From: Candidatus Woesearchaeota archaeon
GTDB lineage: Archaea > Nanobdellota > Nanobdellia > SCGC-AAA011-G17 > JACPNG01
Length of the DNA stretch: 64,000 nt
Reading direction: 5' to 3'
Assembly (NCBI GenBank): GCA_017609525.1
Contig: JAFCDT010000002.1
Location: 4,885 to 68,884 of the forward strand
Made by a program: the position numbers and the translations under genes. Under the pieces are notes generated by a model. The model was not told where the DNA came from and made no database searches. It worked only from the letters and a program-made list of their open reading frames with translations. This document shows, in pieces, positions 56,927-64,000 of the stretch (positions within the stretch are counted from its first letter, which is position 1; each line of letters starts with the position of its first letter).

Positions 56927-58118
56927 GAAATTATGGTTGGGAATTGTAGCAATTTTGATAGTTTCAAGTATCAATGTTTTTGCAATAGGAATTAGTCCAG
57001 GTAAAACAATTTTAGATTTTTCGCCAAACACCCAACAAGACATTGTATTCAGGGTGCTAAATAATGAAAAAAAAGAGATGGATGTTTTGTTATATGTGGG
57101 AGAAAGTGAATTAAGTGATATTGTTACCCTCTATGATTCTATTATTAGCTTTAAATCTGAAGAAGAAAGTAAAGAATTCAGATACACTGTGAATTTTCCT
57201 GACAAAATTGACACTCCCGGAGATCATGAAATACAAATTATTGCTTTAGAGATTCCCAAAGGTACAAAAGGAAATAATTTTGTTGGTGCTACTGCTGCTG
57301 TTGCAACCATCCTAAAAGTCAGGGTCCCATATCCTGGAAAATATGCGAAAATTGAATTAGCGGTTTCTGATGCTAAAGTCGGAGAAGAAATGACTTTTGT
57401 TGTTCCTGTCTGGAATCTGGGAACAGATGATATTATTAATGCCCAAGCAAGTATTGATATCTTGGGGCCTACTAATGAAAAAATTGCTACGCTTAGTACA
57501 GAAAAAAAAGGGATTAAATCCAAAAGCAAGAGCGAATTAGTTGCAAAATGGGAAGCAGATACAAATGCCGGCAAGTATTTTGCTGTGGCTACTTTAACAT
57601 ATGATGGAAAAACTGCAAGGGCTGAAAAAATTTTTGCCTTAGGTGATCTGTTTATTGATATTATTGATATTAATGTTAAAAACTTTAATTTGGGTGAAGT
57701 AGCTAAATTTAATATTTTAGTTGAAAATAAATGGAATGATTTAATCACAAATATTGTTCCAGAAATTAAGATTAGTGATAAGAATGGCAATGAAGTTGCT
57801 GTATTTAAAGGAGCAGGAGCGGATGTAGATGCTTTAAGTAAAGCAGAATTAAATGCATATTGGGATACTGAAGGAGTTAAAGAAGGAGTTTATGATGGTA
57901 AAGCAATTTTGCATTATTCTGGAAAGACTACAGAAAAACAACTTAAAACAGATATTAGTTTAAATGGAATTAAGGTTTCATTTTTGGGACAGACCGCTCA
58001 AGTTGTTAGGGGAGGAGCAGGTGTTGGAAGGAACTCTGTATTAGTGATTTTAGTTATGATCTTAATTATTATAAATGTGGGTTGGTTTATATATATCAAA
58101 AGGATGAAAAGAGGATAG
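56919..58118 (+). CDS. CARDB-like surface protein with signal peptide and C-terminal TM plus KRMKRG tail (paralog of 59008-60129)
   Basis: Signal WLGIVAILIVSSINVFA. Repeated Ig-like units starting PYPGKYAKIELAVSDAKVGEEMTFVVPVWNLG. C-terminal VLVILVMILIIINVGWFIYIKRMKRG. Confidence 0.55.
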   Translation: MNKKLWLGIVAILIVSSINVFAIGISPGKTILDFSPNTQQDIVFRVLNNEKKEMDVLLYVGESELSDIVTLYDSIISFKSEEESKEFRYTVNFPDKIDTPGDHEIQIIALEIPKGTKGNNFVGATAAVATILKVRVPYPGKYAKIELAVSDAKVGEEMTFVVPVWNLGTDDIINAQASIDILGPTNEKIATLSTEKKGIKSKSKSELVAKWEADTNAGKYFAVATLTYDGKTARAEKIFALGDLFIDIIDINVKNFNLGEVAKFNILVENKWNDLITNIVPEIKISDKNGNEVAVFKGAGADVDALSKAELNAYWDTEGVKEGVYDGKAILHYSGKTTEKQLKTDISLNGIKVSFLGQTAQVVRGGAGVGRNSVLVILVMILIIINVGWFIYIKRMKRG

Positions 58119-58156
58119 AAAAACTTAAAAATATTGAATATCAGATAGGATACAGA

Positions 58157-58369
58157 ATGGTCAAAAAAAGGGGCAAAAAAAAGGTTTCTAAAAATTTGTT
58201 AGCCATACTTTTAGTTATTGCAATTTTGTTATCTGTTGTAGGGACCTATATGGCTATTTACAATGCCAATGTTGTAAGGGTAATTGAGATTGAGCCCGCT
58301 TCCTTGGGAAAGGTCGGGGTTTATGTTAACAATCCAGAACTCCCCGCAGGAGATGAAGGTGGCGGATAA
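58157..58369 (+). CDS. small N-terminally anchored protein (pilin-like candidate)
   Basis: MVKKRGKKKVSKNLLAILLVIAILLSVVGTYMAI: basic N-terminus plus one hydrophobic helix, 70 aa. The six-frame ORF 58082-58369 extends it upstream of the likely start. Confidence 0.35.
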   Translation: MVKKRGKKKVSKNLLAILLVIAILLSVVGTYMAIYNANVVRVIEIEPASLGKVGVYVNNPELPAGDEGGG

Positions 58370-58979
58370 AAAAGAAGTTTCCAATGGGGTCTTAGTAGCT
58401 TTAGCTGGAATTGCCATAATTGTTTCTTTAGTAGGCATACTTACAATGATTGGTAAGCCAATGCCAATTCTTGGTGCTGTTGTGGGTACTGTAAATGTTA
58501 CCATAAATGAAAGTGTTGGTATAAGTTTGGTTACTGAAAGTATTAACTTTACAACTTCAGGTATAAACGATGTGAAAGACACGACGACTGCGACAGATGT
58601 TCAGGGTTGTAGTGCTGCTCCTTGTGGATTCAATATCACAAACGATGGGAGCATCAATATCAACATTAGTATAGATGTAACCTCGGATATGTTTGTAAGC
58701 TCTAGTACAAATGCTAGTTCATTTATGTGTAATGCTACTAACTTTGATTCAAATAGTAATGCCTCTGCACAAGGGTGGACAGGAGATTGCACATACGCAG
58801 AATGGGTAGACTGCAGAGATGGTCAGGCAGTTGAAACTGGCAATTGTTTTGCTGATATTAATTTTACAGATGGTGCTGATACTGTTTACTTAGAGGTACA
58901 AATCGCGGTTCCAGATGCAGAACCTTCTGGGGATAAGCAGGCATCAATTACATTTACTGGAACTAGTGCTGGAACTTAA
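58353..58979 (+). CDS. N-terminally anchored secreted protein with sequons, a Cys pattern and the C-terminal EPSGDK...TG motif (pilin-like or adhesin subunit candidate)
   Basis: Start at ATG 58353 (MKVADKKEVSNGVLVALAGIAIIVSLVG). Ectodomain with 6 Cys and multiple N-x-T/S. C-terminus IAVPDAEPSGDKQASITFTGTSAGT is shared with the 1070-aa protein. Confidence 0.5.
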   Translation: MKVADKKEVSNGVLVALAGIAIIVSLVGILTMIGKPMPILGAVVGTVNVTINESVGISLVTESINFTTSGINDVKDTTTATDVQGCSAAPCGFNITNDGSININISIDVTSDMFVSSSTNASSFMCNATNFDSNSNASAQGWTGDCTYAEWVDCRDGQAVETGNCFADINFTDGADTVYLEVQIAVPDAEPSGDKQASITFTGTSAGT

Positions 58980-59007
58980 TTATTTAGAAAGTTTTATATA
59001 AAAAGTT

Positions 59008-60129
59008 TTGTTTAAAGTTCTTATGAAAAGGGGTTTTTTATTTGTGTTATTCTTTTTGTTTTTGGCTAATTCTGTTTTTGCTATTCTAATCACTCCTGCT
59101 AGTTTGGAGATGGAATTTGCTCCGAACAAAGAGTATGATTGTAGTTTTATTGTTAGAGTAAATAAACAAACCGACTTACTGGTATATGCCCGTGGAGAGC
59201 TAAATCAAAGTGTGAGTTTTTCTAAGAATAAACTAAAAGCTGTTCCTGGTGAATGGAATAGTGTGGGGTGCAAAATAAAAATGCCTCAGGATATGAAACC
59301 AGGGTTAAACAAAAATTTTGTTGGAGTTGTAGAAGATACTAGTGGCAAGGGGGTTGTTGGAGGTGTGACTGGCGTGGAGGTCACATTATTTATAAGAAAA
59401 CCTTACCCTGGGAAATACTTAGAATTAGAGAAATTTGAAGCCAATAATGCAGAAATAAATGAAAAAGTTAATTTTTTAATTGAGGTTATTAATAGGGGAA
59501 AAGAAAAAATAAACAATGCCTTTGCATTGATAGAAGTGTATGATAAAGATAAAAAAATTGATCAGGTTGAATCAAATCATATTGAGATTGTTAGTAATGG
59601 TGTTTTTAAAGCAGAATGGAAAACAAGTGTGGCGGGAAGATATAAAGCTTTGGCAAGAATAAATTATGATGGCTCTATTTTAGAAGAAAAAAAGAATTTT
59701 AATGTAGGAGAGCGTTTAGCTAAGATTCTAAATATTTCTGATGCAAAGGTAAAAAAAGGAGACATTGCTAAATTTGATATCAATATTCAAAGTTATTGGA
59801 ATGAAATAATAAAAGATGTCTACTTAGAGTTAAAGGTGGTTGGGCAAGAGGTGAATTCTAGGACAGAGTCCATATCCTTGGGTCCTTGGGACAGTAGGAC
59901 CATTACTGGTTTCTTGGAGACTTCTTCGCTAGAAGAAGGGGAATATGAAGTTGATGTTACTTTAAATTATGATGATAAATATTCAGAAGCTAAAACGAGT
60001 TTGGTGGTAACAAAGGGGTTTAGTCTCTCTGTGACTACAATTGTTCTAATCGTAATTATAGCTATCCTTATCTTGCTGGTTATTATTAATATTGTTATGT
60101 TTAAGAAAAAATGGAAAAAAAGAAAGTAA
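59008..60129 (+). CDS. CARDB-like surface protein, paralog of 56919-58118, with C-terminal TM plus KKKWKKRK
   Basis: Signal FLFVLFFLFLANSVFA. PYPGKYLELEKFEANNAEINEKVNFLIEVINRG unit. C-terminal TIVLIVIIAILILLVIINIVMFKKKWKKRK. Confidence 0.55.
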   Translation: MFKVLMKRGFLFVLFFLFLANSVFAILITPASLEMEFAPNKEYDCSFIVRVNKQTDLLVYARGELNQSVSFSKNKLKAVPGEWNSVGCKIKMPQDMKPGLNKNFVGVVEDTSGKGVVGGVTGVEVTLFIRKPYPGKYLELEKFEANNAEINEKVNFLIEVINRGKEKINNAFALIEVYDKDKKIDQVESNHIEIVSNGVFKAEWKTSVAGRYKALARINYDGSILEEKKNFNVGERLAKILNISDAKVKKGDIAKFDINIQSYWNEIIKDVYLELKVVGQEVNSRTESISLGPWDSRTITGFLETSSLEEGEYEVDVTLNYDDKYSEAKTSLVVTKGFSLSVTTIVLIVIIAILILLVIINIVMFKKKWKKRK

Positions 60130-60524
60130 TCTTCTTATTTAGTGGAATTGCTATTGTCATCTTTTTCCTATTTATCTTTTTTTATAATTTCTTTTTTGTT
60201 CTGGGCGTGAAAAACATTGATTTTTCTATTAAAGTAGGAGATACAATTGGATTAAATGTTGATACTGACAAATTGTATTTTGGTACTGTTCCAAGAGGGG
60301 GAACAGCTGATAGGGGCATCCTAGTAAAAAACGAAGAACATTCCTTGGTTAAAACTAATATAAAAGTGCAGAGCGATATTAAAGACTGGCTGTATGTTAA
60401 TAACAATAATTTCTTTTTAAAAAAAGATGAGAAAAAAGATATTAATTTTAAGGTTAAGGTGCCTTTGGATGCTGAATATGGGGAATATGATGGACAGATA
60501 ATCCTTATTTTTACCCGGTTCTAG
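60111..60524 (+). CDS. small signal-anchored beta-rich protein
   Basis: TM VIFLFSGIAIVIFFLFIFFYNFFFVL then a 100-aa domain. 19-nt overlap with the preceding gene. Confidence 0.45.
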   Translation: MEKKKVIFLFSGIAIVIFFLFIFFYNFFFVLGVKNIDFSIKVGDTIGLNVDTDKLYFGTVPRGGTADRGILVKNEEHSLVKTNIKVQSDIKDWLYVNNNNFFLKKDEKKDINFKVKVPLDAEYGEYDGQIILIFTRF

Positions 60525-60563
60525 AAATCTATATAAATAACCATACTCTAATTTTATCTAACA

Positions 60564-62321
60564 ATGAAAGAGGTTCCAGATAAGTTACTGTTATTTTTAT
60601 ACATAACTTTTATTTTCACATTTCTAATTGGTTTGATATTAATTGTTACTAATGCTCCTCTATTTTTAAGTATAATCACTGGAAAAGTTGCAAGTACTGG
60701 TTTGGTTGGTTTATGTGTGGGTGTTACTCCTGCCATAAGCAGCATAGGGTATCAGGAAGGTTTTGTTGATACAGAATTTTATTATGATGTTGAAGCTTCT
60801 GCCGGAGATGATCCTATAAGTTTTAGTGATGATAGTGATTTGTTTGTTATTGATGCAGACAGCGGGGAAATCAATTTTACTCCAAGTTCTACAGATAAAG
60901 GCAACTATTCGATAACTATCACAGTAACCAACACTATTTGTGCTGACGGGGGTCCAACTGCTGAGGAAGTGTTTACACTTGAAATTAAGTCTGAACCACC
61001 TGTTTTGGATCCCATAGGAAATCAGACACTTACAGAAGATGTGGCTTATTACTATGATGTCAATGCTTCTGATCCTGACCCCGGAGATAATGCAAGCTTA
61101 GTATTTTTAGATGACACTGGTTTGTTTGATATTAATGAAAGCACTGGAATTATTAGTTTTACTCCTGTAAATGATGATGTGGGGGTTCATGAAGTTAGAA
61201 TAACTGTTACTGATCCTAGCGGAGCTTCTGATTTCGAAGACCTTAATTTTACTGTGGAGAATGTAAATGATGCTCCTGTATTAGATGAGATCCCTAATTT
61301 TACTGTTGCTGATGCAATAAGTGAAGATGTTGAATTCTACTATGATGTAAATGCAACTGACATAGATGTTGGTGATATTTTGAGGTATACTGATAATACT
61401 CCGCTATTTGTGATTGGTGAAACTTTTGGAATAATACAGTGGACACCAAGCAATGCGCAAATTGGTAATTATTCAATAACGATTTATGTTGATGATGGTG
61501 AAGCATTAGACTCTCAGGTGTTTAATGTTGAAGTGCTGGCAGTTGATGATCGTCCAATCTTAGAACCAATTGGTGCCCAGACTGCTGATGTAAATGTTAG
61601 TTTCTTTTTGGATGTTGAAGCTTCTGATGAAGAAGATGGGGATGAGTCAACTGGAAATCTTACATTTAGTGACAATACTACTTTGTTTAATATTAGTTCT
61701 AGCAATGGACAAATAAACTTTACTCCTACAGATAGTGATATTGGCACATATAATATAAATATAAGTGTTAATGATTCTACTGGCCAGGTTAGTTCTGAAG
61801 TGATATCTTTTACTGTGGCAGTAATTAATGATGCTCCAACTATTGATTCTTATGTTCCAACTGATTTAACTCCTTCAGTAGATGAAGGTGATACTTTATT
61901 CTTCAATATAACAATGTCTGATCCTGATGGGTCTGATCCTGATGGAACAACCCCGAGTGTCCAGTGGTATTTAGATGCGGCCGCTATAAGTGGAGAAACC
62001 AACATGCATTATAATTATAATCCTAATTTTGACTCACAAGGGACACATAATATGACTGTAATCATTACAGATGGATCTTTATATGACTCTGTGGAATGGA
62101 TAGTAACTGTAAATAATGTGGTACAGGTTGATAAAGGTCCTTCTGGTGGAGGGGGTGGTGGAGGAAGCAAGGGTTGTAGTGAAAGGTGGAATTGTAGTGA
62201 TTGGAGTCCTTGTCAGTATCCTGGAATACAAATCAGAACATGCAGTGATATGAAAAATTGTGGTACAACCCGATTTAAGCCTGGCGAGAGAAAACGGTGT
62301 GAATTTTTGATGGAATATTAA
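60564..62321 (+). CDS. cadherin-like repeat surface protein (N-terminal 585 aa; frame-broken from its CGG-x-C/TM C-terminus)
   Basis: Signal-anchor, at least five cadherin-like units with YYYDVxAxD...NDAP(V/T)(L/I) boundaries, a Gly7 linker, and a Cys-rich CSERWNCSDWSPCQYPGIQIRTCSDMKNCG knot. Stops 2 codons after a T5 run. Confidence 0.6.
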   Translation: MKEVPDKLLLFLYITFIFTFLIGLILIVTNAPLFLSIITGKVASTGLVGLCVGVTPAISSIGYQEGFVDTEFYYDVEASAGDDPISFSDDSDLFVIDADSGEINFTPSSTDKGNYSITITVTNTICADGGPTAEEVFTLEIKSEPPVLDPIGNQTLTEDVAYYYDVNASDPDPGDNASLVFLDDTGLFDINESTGIISFTPVNDDVGVHEVRITVTDPSGASDFEDLNFTVENVNDAPVLDEIPNFTVADAISEDVEFYYDVNATDIDVGDILRYTDNTPLFVIGETFGIIQWTPSNAQIGNYSITIYVDDGEALDSQVFNVEVLAVDDRPILEPIGAQTADVNVSFFLDVEASDEEDGDESTGNLTFSDNTTLFNISSSNGQINFTPTDSDIGTYNINISVNDSTGQVSSEVISFTVAVINDAPTIDSYVPTDLTPSVDEGDTLFFNITMSDPDGSDPDGTTPSVQWYLDAAAISGETNMHYNYNPNFDSQGTHNMTVIITDGSLYDSVEWIVTVNNVVQVDKGPSGGGGGGGSKGCSERWNCSDWSPCQYPGIQIRTCSDMKNCGTTRFKPGERKRCEFLMEY

Positions 62322-62335
62322 ACCAAGATGAAATT

Positions 62336-62833
62336 TTGGTAGATTGTGGTGGAGTTTGTAAAGCTTGTCCTACTTGTGATGATGGAATTAAAAATCAAGG
62401 AGAGGTGGAGATAGATTGCGGTGGACCATGTCCTGGTTGTCCTAAAACAGAAAAACCCTCTAGATTGGTTACAATTTTATGTGGAAATGGTCAAATAGAC
62501 AGAGTTGGTGAGATATTTACATGCTTCAAGGATAGTTGGTATATCTGGTTAATTGTCTTGGTTGTCATTTTATTACTCTTATTAAGAAAAAGAATAAAGA
62601 AAGCTAAGAAATCTTTAGAATTTACAAACCTAGATAGAGAGAGGATTGGTAGGATAAAAAGATTGATTAAGGTTGCTGATCTGGCCTTGAGAGAAAAGCA
62701 AATCAGTAAACTAAAAGTTACTTGCGATAGAATTGAGATTCTATACAATGGTTTACAAAGTGAGAGAAGCAAGAGAAAAGTCTATAGAAAGATTAAGAAA
62801 CTTAATAATAGGATAAATAATTTTAAATCTTAG
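62336..62833 (+). CDS. C-terminal module: tandem DCGG-x-C cysteine knot, TM and a coiled-coil cytoplasmic tail. Very likely the continuation of 60564-62321 after a single-nucleotide frame error
   Basis: The reading frame is open from 62303 (IFDGILNQDEILVDCGGVCKACPTCDDGIKNQGEVEIDCGGPCPGCPK...) with no start codon until the TTG at 62336. A +1 shift in TTTTT (62304-62308) fuses it to the upstream ORF. TM IWLIVLVVILLLLL plus a basic tail. Confidence 0.5.
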   Translation: MVDCGGVCKACPTCDDGIKNQGEVEIDCGGPCPGCPKTEKPSRLVTILCGNGQIDRVGEIFTCFKDSWYIWLIVLVVILLLLLRKRIKKAKKSLEFTNLDRERIGRIKRLIKVADLALREKQISKLKVTCDRIEILYNGLQSERSKRKVYRKIKKLNNRINNFKS

Positions 62834-62906
62834 AAATCTTTATAAGTTAGTTATACTACATTTTTCTCAGTTATTTTATTTGTTATACTACAAAAAGAGG
62901 GATTTG

Positions 62907-63380
62907 ATGGTTCATAAGAGGTATATTAAAAAAGGGGGCAAAGTGTATGGTCCTTATTTCTATAAAACAGTAAGAGATAAGGACGGAAGCGTTAAAAATA
63001 TATATCTTGGAAGCGTTGAAAAAGAAAAAAAAAGTGTAGTACAACCAAAATATCTCTATGTTTTTTTAAGTTTATTCTTAATGGTTTTAGTTTTAGCTGG
63101 TTTTTATTTTAGTGAATATACAGGAAATGTTGTAAGGTTAGGAGAAATCTCTTTACCTGATTTTAAAAGCCAAAATTTAAGCAGGGGTGATTTTTTTTCT
63201 GCTAAAGTTGTTTCTGATTTGAGAGCGGCTTATTTTACAGATGATAGTGATCTCTTTAACATTAGTTCAGATGGATTTATTGAGTTTAGAGCGGAAGAAA
63301 GAGGAGAATATCCTGTGGCCATAATTGCCAAATCTGAAGAAGGATTTGAGTATCAGATTGTTAAATTTTTAATAAAATGA
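62907..63380 (+). CDS. small signal-anchored protein with a cadherin-like N-terminal unit
   Basis: Likely start MVHKRYIKKGGKVYGPYFY at 62907. TM YLYVFLSLFLMVLVLAGFYF. YFTDDSDLFNISSDGFIEF resembles the start of the neighbouring cadherin-like units. Confidence 0.4.
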   Translation: MVHKRYIKKGGKVYGPYFYKTVRDKDGSVKNIYLGSVEKEKKSVVQPKYLYVFLSLFLMVLVLAGFYFSEYTGNVVRLGEISLPDFKSQNLSRGDFFSAKVVSDLRAAYFTDDSDLFNISSDGFIEFRAEERGEYPVAIIAKSEEGFEYQIVKFLIK

Positions 63381-64000
63381 AAAAAACGTGGTTTATACTC
63401 ATTTTTGTATTTTTAATAAGTATTGTAATTGCTACTAATCCTGTTTTTGATGAAGGTTTGCCTCCAGATGGAGTTACTTTGACTGAAGATGTTGCTGTTT
63501 ATTATGATATTAATGCAAGCGATGCAGAAGATGGTGATGAAAGTTCTGGGAATCTCACTTATAGCGATGATACTGATTTGTTTGATATTAATGAAACAAC
63601 CGGGATTATTAGTTTTACTCCTGACAATAACAGTGTGGGGGTTTATAACTCAACATACAATAATTCTGTGGCTATAATTGTGAAAGATTCCACTGAAGAG
63701 GCCACTATAGACATCTGGACATTTGAGATTGTGGCTGTTAATGATGCACCGAACATAACCACTGTTAGTTTAGCTGATGCTACAGAAGATAGTGCTTATA
63801 CTGCCACTATTGAGGCGACTGATGAAGAAGGAAATACTCCTCTTGGGTTTGAAGCAAATGAAACTTTTGTGAATATGACAAATCTAACAGCTACTAGCGG
63901 GATAATAGCTTTCACGCCCAATAACACCCAGGTTGGAACATGGAATATTAATATTACTGTAACCGATAGTAATGGGAGCGACTCTAAGAGTGGGAGCAAG
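63377..64000 (+). CDS. cadherin-like repeat surface protein (5' part; continues beyond window)
   Basis: ATG 63377 overlaps the previous stop. Signal MKKTWFILIFVFLISIVIA. Units VYYDINASDAEDGDESSGNLTYSDDTDLFDINETTGIISFTP...VAVNDAPNITTV... The frame is open to the window end. Confidence 0.55.
   Translation, partial: MKKTWFILIFVFLISIVIATNPVFDEGLPPDGVTLTEDVAVYYDINASDAEDGDESSGNLTYSDDTDLFDINETTGIISFTPDNNSVGVYNSTYNNSVAIIVKDSTEEATIDIWTFEIVAVNDAPNITTVSLADATEDSAYTATIEATDEEGNTPLGFEANETFVNMTNLTATSGIIAFTPNNTQVGTWNINITVTDSNGSDSKSGSK

Noticed and set aside
58082-58156. Upstream extension of small ORF 58082-58369 (MVYIYQKDEKRIEKLKNIEYQIGYR...)
   Set aside because: The extension overlaps the C-terminal TM and tail of the preceding gene. 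ATG 58157 immediately precedes the basic/hydrophobic N-terminus typical of the neighbouring proteins, so the shorter gene model was preferred.

Overview
AT-rich (about 30% GC) archaeal chromosomal segment with compact, overlapping genes and archaeal informational genes throughout, most plausibly from a small-genome DPANN-type archaeon (lineage is inference from sequence only). 1-47 kb is the core genome: MoxR ATPase (partial); an rfcS-HExxH-rfcL operon; IleRS; TBP; MCM followed by an OB-fold/winged-helix protein; an aIF2beta/aIF1A/KH(aDim2-like)/methyltransferase cluster; topoisomerase VI B and A; a free-standing double-motif LAGLIDADG endonuclease; a disrupted, repeat-laden cysteine-rich secreted gene; YjbQ; five tRNAs (Asn, Ile, Val, Glu, Gln); a SemiSWEET-like protein; a YkgJ-type Cys-cluster protein; a MetRS split into three ORFs; a GDP-mannose dehydratase plus DegT-like aminotransferase flanked by tRNAs; an archaeal histone; the complete archaeal ribosomal-protein supercluster L3 to L15-SecY, then a DUF106/Oxa1-like protein, L34e, L14e and prefoldin alpha, with Lys/Glu-rich tails on S3, L32e and L14e and no adk/cmk; primase PriS; a membrane/coiled-coil gene pair; and a HEPN/MNT pair. 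47.9-64 kb is a contiguous accessory locus of about 16 kb encoding only secreted or membrane-anchored proteins. It holds two giant repeat proteins ending in a phage tail-spike-type intramolecular chaperone (peptidase S74-like) domain, a 1070-aa protein dense in N-glycosylation sequons built from a novel roughly 95-aa repeat, paralogous CARDB-like proteins with a C-terminal anchor, small pilin-like proteins, cadherin-like repeat proteins with a CGG-x-C cysteine knot, a shared C-terminal motif VP-x-x-EPSG-[DE]-K-x-AS-x-x-x-TG, and a tandem-HTH regulator. This locus is the best candidate for an undescribed cell-surface or host-attachment system. Three apparent frame breaks sit at homopolymer runs (TBP start, tail-fibre gene junction, cadherin-like gene), and three near-identical DNA repeats in the Cys-rich gene each coincide with a frame change. 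Sequencing or assembly artefact therefore has to be excluded before any of these is read as pseudogenisation or a biological frameshift.
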